From the IMG/VR virus record IMGVR_UViG_2585427731_000003: 7,546 nt of DNA; one strand, given 5' to 3'. A program made the position numbers and the translations under genes. This stretch comes from a virus. Taxonomy: Duplodnaviria > Heunggongvirae > Uroviricota > Caudoviricetes. Every line of letters starts with the position of its first letter. Within the stretch, counting starts at the first letter, position 1. The notes beneath the pieces were generated by a model that saw only the letters and a program-made list of their open reading frames with translations, was not told the DNA's origin and did not search any database. Below are positions 1-6,698 of the stretch, one piece after another.

Positions 1-41
1 TAGACTGGCCCCCTGAATCTCCAGACAACCAATATCACTTA
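1..41. repeat. IS2 terminal inverted repeat (orfA-proximal end)
   Basis: The first ~41 nt (TAGACTGGCCCC-CTGAATCTCCAGACA-ACCAATATCACTTAA) pair imperfectly with the reverse complement of 1291-1331. The extent is approximate. Confidence 0.7.
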
Positions 42-91
42 AATAAGTGATAGTCTTAATACTAGTTTTTAGACTAGTCATTGGAGAGCAG

Positions 92-418
92 ATGATTGAT
101 GTCTTAGGACCGGAGAAACGCAGACGGCGTACTACACAGGAAAAGATCGCTATTGTTCAGCAGAGTTTTGAACCGGGAATGACGGTCTCCCTTGTTGCCC
201 GGCAACACGGTGTGGCAGCCAGCCAGTTATTTCTCTGGCGCAAGCAATACCAGGAGGGAAGTCTTACTGCTGTGGCCGCAGGAGAACAGGTCGTTCCTGC
301 CTCTGAACTTGCTGCTGCCATGAAGCAGATTAAAGAACTCCAGCGCCTGCTCGGCAAAAAAACGATGGAAAATGAACTCCTTAAAGAAGCCGTTGAATAT
401 GGGCGTGCAAAAAAGTAG
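92..418 (+). CDS. insC: IS2 transposase OrfA (InsC), helix-turn-helix DNA-binding subunit; 108 aa here, ending at a TAG immediately after the A6G slippery run
   Basis: ATG at 92 gives [56 protein letters not shown]...EYGRAKK, which matches IS2 InsC as I recall it. The track ORF 47..418 is the same frame with a spurious upstream extension. A GGAGAG Shine-Dalgarno-like motif lies a few nt upstream of the ATG. Confidence 0.85.
409..415 (+). other. A AAA AAG heptamer, candidate -1 programmed ribosomal frameshift site joining insC to insD
   Basis: AAAAAAG sits at 409-415 at the end of the orfA frame, with the orfA stop (TAG 416-418) directly downstream. orfB is open in the -1 frame from here to 1320. 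This is the standard IS3-family arrangement. Confidence 0.7.
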
Positions 419-1320
419 ATAGCGCACGCGCCCTTATTGCCCGGGGATGGGGAGTAAGCTTAGTCAGCCGTTGTCTCCGGGTGTCGCGTGCGCAGTTGCA
501 CGTCATTCTCAGACGAACCGATGACTGGAAAGATGGTCGCCGCAGCCGTCACTCAGATGATACGGATGTGCTTCTCCGTATACACCATGTTATCGGAGAG
601 CTGCCCACATATGGTTATCGTCGGGTATGGGCGCTGCTTCGCAGACAGGCCGAACTTGATGGTATGCCTGCGATCAATGCCAAACGTATTTACCGGATCA
701 TGCGCCAGAATGCGCTGTTGCTTGAGCGAAAACCCGCTGTACCGCCATCGAAACGGGCACATACCGGCAGAGTGGCTGTGAAAGAAAGTAATCAGCGATG
801 GTGCTCTGACGGGTTCGAGTTCCGCTGTGATAACGGAGAAAAACTGCGAGTCACGTTCGCGCTGGACTGCTGTGACCGTGAGGCACTGCACTGGGCGGTC
901 ACTACGGGCGGCTTCAACAGTGAAACAGTACAGGACGTCATGCTGGGAGCGGTGGAACGCCGCTTCGGCAACGAGCTTCCGGCGTCTCCAGTAGAGTGGC
1001 TGACGGATAATGGTTCATGCTACCGGGCTAATGAAACACGGCAGTTTGCCCGGATGTTGGGGCTTGAACCGAAGAGCACGGCGGTGCGGAGTCCGGAGAG
1101 TAACGGCATAGCAGAGAGCTTCGTGAAAACGATAAAGCGTGACTACATCAGTGTCATGCCCAAACCAGACGGGTTAACGGCAGCAAAGAACCTTGCAGAG
1201 GCGTTCGAGCATTATAACGAATGGCATCCGCATAGTGCACTGGGTTATCGCTCGCCACGGGAATATCTACGGCAGCAGGCCAGTAATGGGTTAAGTGATA
1301 ACAGGTGTCTGGAAATATAG
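415..1320 (+). CDS. insD: IS2 transposase OrfB (InsD) catalytic region, expressed as an OrfAB fusion by -1 frameshift; DDE/rve integrase core
   Basis: The -1 frame is open from 415 to the TAG at 1318-1320. The track ORF 481..1320 (GTG-initiated) is the same frame: ...[14 protein letters not shown]...[11 protein letters not shown]...[11 protein letters not shown]...[13 protein letters not shown]...[19 protein letters not shown].... This matches IS2 InsD from memory. The canonical GTG start (GTGGATAGC in the reference as I recall it) reads GTAGATAGC here. Confidence 0.8.
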
Positions 1321-1331
1321 GGGCAAATCCA
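1291..1331. repeat. IS2 terminal inverted repeat (orfB-distal end)
   Basis: Reverse complement of 1291-1331 reads TGGATTTGCCCC-TATATTTCCAGACA-CCTGTTATCACTTAA, an imperfect match to 1-41. The shared GCCCC...TTCCAGACA...ATCACTTAA blocks are directly visible. Confidence 0.7.
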
Positions 1332-1333
1332 CT

Positions 1334-1414
1334 CAGTATCTCGATAAGCGCAGAGAAATGATGCAGTGGTGGGCGGACTGGCTTGATGAAAAGGGGGAGG
1401 GATGGTTATTCTAA
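1334..1414 (+). other. 26-codon open frame ending at TAA 1412-1414 (QYLDKRREMMQWWADWLDEKGEGWLF*), open at the IS2 junction; possible 3' remnant of a gene cut by IS2
   Basis: Reading frame is open from the first base after the IS2 end to a stop at 1412-1414, and is convergent with the tailspike gene. I do not recognise the peptide. It could equally be non-coding. Confidence 0.2.
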
Positions 1415-1436
1415 ATAAAAATAATGCATTAATTTA

Positions 1437-1459
1437 GCCCTTACATTATCTGTAAGGGC
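1437..1459. terminator. Candidate bidirectional intrinsic terminator: 9-bp perfect stem GCCCTTACA / TGTAAGGGC with 5-nt loop, flanked by A/T runs
   Basis: GCCCTTACA (1437-1445), loop TTATC, TGTAAGGGC (1451-1459). On the minus strand the hairpin is followed by a T-rich tract (reverse complement of 1416-1436), 14 nt downstream of the tailspike stop at 1473-1475. On the plus strand it is followed by TTT. Confidence 0.55.
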
Positions 1460-1472
1460 TTTGCCTTAAAAA

Positions 1473-3320
1473 TTAAAAAAACTCTTTTCCTGTTGTAAAC
1501 ATGCCTTCGGGAAGACGCGCACCGTTAACTGAAGAAAATATAGGACCATAATATTGCTTGTTATAGCTTTGTTGAAATGAAATATATCCACCACCATATC
1601 CGTTATCTGACATATTTACTTGAGAAAAATAACAATTAATTGTTGACGCATCAATAGCTCTAAACTGCTGCATGAATCCGCATTGGCCAACAACAACATC
1701 ACCATCATCTTCTTTTCTTATTAAAATAGGAAGGTGAATCCAGTTAAAATTCCTTGCGCTCGTAGCCATATGTGTATACACGCGCTCGCAAATAATATCA
1801 TCACCAGATGTTTTATTTATTGCATAATTTGTCACGTTTGCTCCATCGCCAAATATAGTTTCAGCAACATAGCTATATGTAGATGACGAAACTGTAAGCG
1901 TTGATGCTGTATGTAGTGTTACATGCCTTGATAAGAGCAATTTAGGAGCATAACCAGAATCAAGGTTATAGGATGCATTTTCTGTCCTCAACCTTTGAAG
2001 AAAATCACTATGACCACCATGGTATGTACCGAAGAACTTTCCAGTTGATAATTCTTTTGCAGCAAACTCTGTTGCTCCATTCCCACCGAAGTAATATGAA
2101 GGCTCCCCATTCACAAAAGGAGTTATTGTTGCTATAAAATTGTCATAATCTAGTAATTCACAACATCCAAGGCTAAAAACGTTTAGCCCAACGAGATTTG
2201 CAGGTTGAAGCGTTGTCTTATCTGTATTTTCAACTTTAAGATACCAAGTTCCTCCAAGTCCATTTATTTCAATATCAATAGGAAGTGGTGGCTGACCACC
2301 TGGTAATGTTTTTGTGTCAACGATCTTTTGCGTTATCCAGTCAGCGTTGTTTCTGCTTATTGATATTGTTACTGACTTACTTGATGCATTAGAGCATGCA
2401 AGTCTGACATGCGCTATGCTATTTGTTAACCTGTATGTTACATAAGCGTTTGTGGAAATTGAATAAACTTGAGGTGTGTTAAGGGTGAAATCACCTTGTT
2501 CTGTTTCCGCGTGTATAGCGTCATCTGTTTTAGAAAAGCCATACAATGTACTTATTTGAGATTCAGTAAATGAAGATAGGGAGACGCCAGTGTCACTTTT
2601 TGTATGTGGTGATAATTTTGCGATAACTGCATCACTTACCATATATACCCTTCCAGGCAAAAAAGGTGATCCCCCGCCATAGTTATTCGAGTCTGATGGT
2701 GAAACCTCATTTGTTACTCTATGAGAAATATATTTTCCTTTCCCATGACATCTTTTACTTATAATATAAAAGTCATTAGAATTTTCATCTTTGACTATTG
2801 CTTTTATGTGTGTTGTTATTGTAGGTGATGTTGGGGGGATGATTGATGTCACAAAGTTAACATCTATAGATTTTCGCACATTAATAAATTCATCATCTAT
2901 ACTAGTAATTTTATCTTTTAACGTTCCATCTTCATATCCAATATTTTCAGTCCCATCAGGACCTGCGAGAGACTTTGATAGTTGATCCGGGTCATACTTC
3001 AGAACATTCGGAAAATAGAACTGCTGCGCACCATACGCATCATAAACAGCCATAGAGTGGCCTTGCACGGTTACAAACTTGGCAATCTGTCCGTTATATA
3101 CCGGATATCCAGCAGCGTTAATGATGATTGGTTGCGAAACAGGAACGTGAGAACCGTCTTCATTTTCCACATAAACCTGAATCTGGTTTTCATGATTTAC
3201 CGGGTCAGTGTCAATTTTACCGATATAAATTTTACCATTAGCTACGGCTTTAAAAGAACGAGCCATAGTGAAGAGTTGCGAAGGCATTCCTATAACCACA
3301 TTTGGTGTTATATTAGTCAT
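1473..3320 (-). CDS. Phage tailspike protein: P22 gp9-like N-terminal head-binding domain (~115 aa) fused to a divergent, AT-rich receptor-binding domain (~500 aa) of unknown fold
   Basis: From the ATG at 3318-3320 the product starts [59 protein letters not shown]...[15 protein letters not shown]...NVLKYDPDQ. This closely matches the P22 tailspike N-terminus as I remember it ([42 protein letters not shown]...NVLKYDPDQ). AGGA lies ~10 nt upstream of this ATG. The track ORF 1473..3422 extends 34 codons further upstream from a GTG, which I regard as spurious read-through. Stop is TAA at 1473-1475. Confidence 0.85.
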   Translation of the reverse strand: [615 protein letters not shown]

Positions 3321-3423
3321 GTGTGCAATCCTATTAGACTTGTTTGATAAAGAAGATAATGGAGTTAATGCTACAAATGACGCTATTGATTTGAAAAATG
3401 ATCTTCTATTCATATTAAACACA

Positions 3424-3450
3424 CATTAATGCAGAAAATTTGCATTAATG
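3424..3450. promoter_or_regulatory. Perfect 10-bp inverted repeat CATTAATGCA-(7 nt)-TGCATTAATG in the spacer between the ejection-protein gene and the tailspike gene; candidate operator or weak terminator/attenuator
   Basis: Directly visible: 3424-3433 CATTAATGCA, spacer GAAAATT, 3441-3450 TGCATTAATG. Each half contains the self-complementary octamer CATTAATG. It lies ~100 nt upstream of the tailspike ATG and ~60 nt downstream of the preceding stop. Confidence 0.3.
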
Positions 3451-3511
3451 TAAGCAAAAAGCGCAATCAACTCCATAGCAATTTAATTTTTAACTGTAAT
3501 TTACATCTACA

Positions 3512-5509
3512 TTACCATGACAACGCATCAGACTTAGCCCCCTGCGTCATAGCGTTAATGGCCTTTTGCGCCTGCTGCATGGCTTTCTCGAACACTGTTG
3601 ATCCGCGTGGGGTGTTTGCCATTCGGAGCATTGCATTTCTGAATGGCTCGCTCTCATAGGCGCGAGTAAGAAGTCCGTAGCTTACTGCTGCGCCAGTTGT
3701 TGCAGGGTTCATTGCCGTCCCATACCCGATAATGAACGGGATGGTTTGCTGGCCTGTTGGTGTTGTTACAGCCGCTTTTGCAGCCTGCTGCGTTGATTGA
3801 AGGTAGTTTTTCAATCCTTTCAGATAAGCAGCATCCTGACCTTTAAATGTGATGCCAGTCTGGTTTTGCAGGATGTTAAGCTGTCGAAGGAACTGATCAG
3901 GTGAACCACCTGATTTCTCCATCGCCTTTCCAATGATGCCATTGCGCATTTGCGCCCTGCCAACACGACCAACTGAGTTATACAGCGTCTTAATTTCCGA
4001 TTTGTTCTTGCTGAATAGCATGTTGTTGACAACTTCCGGCGTCAGATCGCCTTTCATGAGAACATTCTTCAGCCTGGTATTCTTTAGTTTCGCGGCTTCG
4101 TCAGCGTAGACGGCATTGGCCTGCTGATATTTACGGAGAGTATCGTTGCCAAGATTCTGACCAATGGCACCATTGATATCGTCGGTCATTGCCTTGTAAA
4201 CGCGCTGAATGGCAGCATCGGAACGGTTTGGTAACACTGGTCGCTCACCCTTCACGTCCATTCTGAACTGGCTGCGCAGATCGCTTAATTGCTTCAAATC
4301 CAGATTTACCGGACCATCAGGACCAGCATTGCGAACAAGCTCATCACGATAGGACTGAAGTTTTGAAATGGTCTCGTTATCAGCAACCTTACCAAGCTTC
4401 TGCAGGTTAGATATTTCTGTATCAATCTGCTGAATTGCTCTTGCAGGCTGAATGTTTATTCCCGCCATAGCATTCTGAACCTGCTCCAGTCGATTTCCTG
4501 CAGCGCGACGAATTCCTGATGTTTTCGCTTTAAGGCTGTCAATAACAACCGCTGGATCATACTCACCGAATTTATCAGCAAATCTCTGAACCAACTGGCT
4601 TCTCGCTTCCTGTTGCGTTGCTCTCATTCCGCTTGTGCCAGCCAGGGGGATATTTTCTGCTGTCGTTTGCGCCATTTTTCCGACGCGGGAAGTAGGCTGT
4701 AACAGGTCTGTGGTGTGCAGAGGCACTCCTTCACGCTCTGCAAATCTGATAGCTTGCTGCGCTTCTGGTGCAATAGCACCACGAACGCCACGATAAGCAG
4801 CGCCTAATCCACGTCCGGCAGCGTTAATAGCGCCGCCAGCCAGAAAGCCAATGCCTAAATCGGTAGCGAGTGCTTCCGCATCATCTTTCGCACTATTTGC
4901 AGCAAGTGACCCGACTGCGTTTTCAGCGAGAAGGCGAGTTGCACCCTGAGCGATTCTACCAGCGAGTGTTGGTGCCTGTGTTGCCGCTCTCTCAATGCCA
5001 GCAGGAGTGAGGTAAGGCAATGCCTCAGCAAATACCCTGCCCTCTGTAGTTTGTGGAGTCAGCGCGCCTTGCTGAAGGCCAAAGTCCTGCTCTAATCCCT
5101 GCGTTGTTACTCGTGGCGCTGGGGGATATGTCCCATCGCCAATTCCGAGTTTACCGCCAGCCCAAGCCGCCGCGCTTGTTACAGCATCGGCAACTGATGC
5201 AGGTATGTTTGCCACGTTCACGCCAGCCTGCACCAGTCCGCGACCAGTTTCTTTCACGGCTTCACCAAGATCCGACATAAATCCACTTTGCTGTGGTTGT
5301 TGCTGTGATACTGGTTGTTGTGTCTCCACTGGCTGCACAGATGGCAATGGATAGGCAGCATAGAAAGCTTTCTTAGCCTGCTCTGCATTTTCTCCGGCTT
5401 GCGGGGCAACGACTTCATTGAAGTATTGCTCCTGAGCCTGCGCTTTTTGTTCTGGTGCTAACGCCTGATACTGTGGAGAGGCGATAACATCTTTCCATGC
5501 TTTAGCCAT
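3512..5509 (-). CDS. Probable P22-like ejection (DNA-transfer / internal virion) protein, 665 aa, gp16-position homolog; Q/P-rich linker and Gly/Ala-rich segment
   Basis: Long minus-strand ORF at ~55% GC, ATG at 5507-5509 with a GGGGTGA Shine-Dalgarno-like motif upstream, stop TAA 3512-3514. The function is inferred from its position immediately upstream of the tailspike in a P22-like layout (14-7-20-16...9), from its size, and from low-complexity linkers. I do not recognise a specific family by eye. Confidence 0.5.
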   Translation of the reverse strand: MAKAWKDVIASPQYQALAPEQKAQAQEQYFNEVVAPQAGENAEQAKKAFYAAYPLPSVQPVETQQPVSQQQPQQSGFMSDLGEAVKETGRGLVQAGVNVANIPASVADAVTSAAAWAGGKLGIGDGTYPPAPRVTTQGLEQDFGLQQGALTPQTTEGRVFAEALPYLTPAGIERAATQAPTLAGRIAQGATRLLAENAVGSLAANSAKDDAEALATDLGIGFLAGGAINAAGRGLGAAYRGVRGAIAPEAQQAIRFAEREGVPLHTTDLLQPTSRVGKMAQTTAENIPLAGTSGMRATQQEARSQLVQRFADKFGEYDPAVVIDSLKAKTSGIRRAAGNRLEQVQNAMAGINIQPARAIQQIDTEISNLQKLGKVADNETISKLQSYRDELVRNAGPDGPVNLDLKQLSDLRSQFRMDVKGERPVLPNRSDAAIQRVYKAMTDDINGAIGQNLGNDTLRKYQQANAVYADEAAKLKNTRLKNVLMKGDLTPEVVNNMLFSKNKSEIKTLYNSVGRVGRAQMRNGIIGKAMEKSGGSPDQFLRQLNILQNQTGITFKGQDAAYLKGLKNYLQSTQQAAKAAVTTPTGQQTIPFIIGYGTAMNPATTGAAVSYGLLTRAYESEPFRNAMLRMANTPRGSTVFEKAMQQAQKAINAMTQGAKSDALSW

Positions 5510-6317
5510 TAATCACCCCATAGCGAAGAAAAGTTACTGCCAGTAGTAGATTGTTGCCCTGGCATATTCTGCACCGGCTCCTGATAATCAAACTGTTTTT
5601 TAACAGTGCTCAACTTGCTTTCAAGCTGATTTCTAATCTTTCCGATAGAGTCACGAAAAGCCTTTTCACTCATTTTGGGGCTTAGGGCACCAACCGCATC
5701 GGATAATTTTTTACCCTCTGCATCTGAAAGAGCGCCCATACCCTTCAGGGACTGCACCATAGGAAGGAATGTTTGAGCTTTAAAGGTGTCGAGCCTTGCT
5801 TCAAAGTTAGCCGCATCAGAGCCGGGAACTGTCGGAAACGCTGAGCGAATTCCTACTGCTTTTGAAAGGCCGGGGCTTTGCTCTATCTCGTTGAGAGAAT
5901 CAAGCGCGGTGCTGAACGTATCAACTGCACCCTGAGCGGCGGCCTGCCTGTCCGCGCGGGCTATGTCAGCCTTTTGCCGAACATCTGCCTGTTTCTGTTT
6001 TAGCTCTTCAAGCTTTAACTGATTGCTTTCTCTGGCTATCTGTCTGTCCAGAGCCTTTTCTTGTAATTCTGCTCTTTGTATTTCTCGGGAAAGAGCAGCA
6101 TTCTGTGCGCTGATGTTCTGTCCACGTATCTGGATGTCCTGACCTCGAGCTGTTAGTGCTTCTCCTGCCTGATTGCTGCGGATTGTCTCTGCCAGCCTGC
6201 CTCGGTCAATCTCACGACCAGCCATCTTGTCCTGAACATTGAAGTAATCAATCGGACCAAGAGCAGCCATTCCAAGGTGATCAACAAACTCACCAAATCC
6301 TGAAGGATTCTGCTGAT
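5509..6317 (-). pseudogene. 3' portion (at least 253 codons) of a probable ejection-protein gene (gp20-position), 5'-truncated by the IS629-like insertion at 6318
   Basis: Track ORF 5509..6270 (-). The same frame stays open upstream of the M at 6268-6270 right up to the IS boundary (...NQQNPSGFGEFVDHLG-MAALGPIDY...), and the first stop in that frame lies inside the IS (6343-6345). There is no convincing Shine-Dalgarno before the ATG at 6270. The protein is coiled-coil-like and K/E/Q/R-rich. Its stop overlaps the next gene's start (TAATG, 5507-5511). Confidence 0.55.
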
Positions 6318-6342
6318 TGAACCGCCCCGGGAATCCTGGAGA
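6318..6342. repeat. Left terminal inverted repeat of the IS629-like element
   Basis: TGAACCGCCCCGGGAATCCTGGAGA. The partner repeat is outside the window, so pairing cannot be confirmed here. Confidence 0.55.
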
Positions 6343-6371
6343 CTAAACTTCCTGAGAAAGAGGTAAACAGG

Positions 6372-6698
6372 ATGACTAAAAATACTCGTTTTTCCCCCGA
6401 AGTCCGTCAACGGGCAGTCCGTATGGTTCTGGAAAGTCAGAGCGAATATGACTCACAATGGGCGACAATTTGTTCCATTGCTCCAAAGATTGGCTGTACG
6501 CCGGAGACTCTGCGTGTCTGGGTTCGCCAGCATGAGCGGGATACCGGGGGCGGTGATGGAGGGCTCACCACCGCTGAACGTCAGCGTCTGAAAGAGCTGG
6601 AACGTGAAAATCGTGAACTGCGCCGCAGTAACGATATCCTTCGCCAGGCTTCCGCTTATTTTGCGAAGGCGGAGTTCGACCGCCTCTGGAAAAAATGA
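6372..6698 (+). CDS. IS3-family (IS629-like) transposase OrfA, 108 aa, helix-turn-helix plus leucine-zipper-like C-terminus
   Basis: Track ORF 6372..6698: [57 protein letters not shown]...[45 protein letters not shown] lies ~8 nt upstream of the ATG. Stop is TGA at 6696-6698, immediately after an A6 run. Confidence 0.85.
   Translation: MTKNTRFSPEVRQRAVRMVLESQSEYDSQWATICSIAPKIGCTPETLRVWVRQHERDTGGGDGGLTTAERQRLKELERENRELRRSNDILRQASAYFAKAEFDRLWKK
6690..6698 (+). other. A6 run plus in-frame stop (AAAAAATGA); candidate -1 frameshift window joining orfA to orfB
   Basis: AAAAAA at 6690-6695 is followed by the orfA stop. The -1 frame has ATGATG at 6695-6700 and stays open to the window end. Confidence 0.5.

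Larger units (their letters stand above)
1..1331 (+). mobile_element. IS2 insertion sequence (IS3 family), apparently complete, about 1331 bp
   Basis: Window starts with TAGACTGGCCCCCTGAATCTCCAGACA and position 1331 ends with the reverse complement of TGGATTTGCCCCTATATTTCCAGACA, which match the two IS2 termini as I remember them. Between them are an insC-like orfA and an insD-like orfB in the -1 frame. The left boundary coincides with the window edge, so the upstream flank and any target-site duplication cannot be seen. Confidence 0.9.

Noticed and set aside
157-891. ORFs 157..357 (-), 227..427 (-), 488..781 (+), 553..891 (-) inside IS2
   Set aside because: They overlap the insC/insD frames, which have strong family support. 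These are alternative-frame or antisense artefacts of a GC-rich transposase gene.
1358-1414. Small ORF MMQWWADWLDEKGEGWLF starting at the ATG at 1358 as an independent micro-protein
   Set aside because: There is no ribosome-binding site and it is only 18 codons. It is more simply explained as the tail of a frame that was open before the IS2 insertion, or as non-coding.
2791-3347. Plus-strand ORFs 2791..2985 (64 aa) and 2982..3347 (121 aa)
   Set aside because: They are antisense to, and fully inside, the well-supported tailspike gene. They are AT-rich, low-complexity translations with no start context.
3321-3422. N-terminal 34-codon extension of the tailspike ORF (MFNMNRRSFFKSIASFVALTPLSS...), which contains an RRSFFK motif resembling a twin-arginine (Tat) signal peptide
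   Set aside because: It starts at a GTG in the AT-rich spacer. Homology to P22 gp9 begins exactly at the internal Met (MTNITPNVV...), which has its own AGGA ribosome-binding site. Tailspikes are assembled in the cytoplasm, so a Tat signal makes no biological sense. Most likely fortuitous read-through.
3429-3659. Plus-strand ORF 3429..3659 (76 aa)
   Set aside because: It starts in the intergenic palindrome and runs antisense into the 3' end of the 665-aa gene. There is no ribosome-binding site and the composition is not protein-like.
3820-5280. ORFs 3820..4032 (-) and 5053..5280 (+)
   Set aside because: Embedded in, or antisense to, the 665-aa gene. Short, with no independent support.
6153-6410. 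Minus-strand ORF 6153..6410 (85 aa) spanning the IS junction
   Set aside because: It crosses from IS sequence into the truncated gene in a different frame from the well-supported 5509..6270 frame. It is a chimeric artefact of the insertion.
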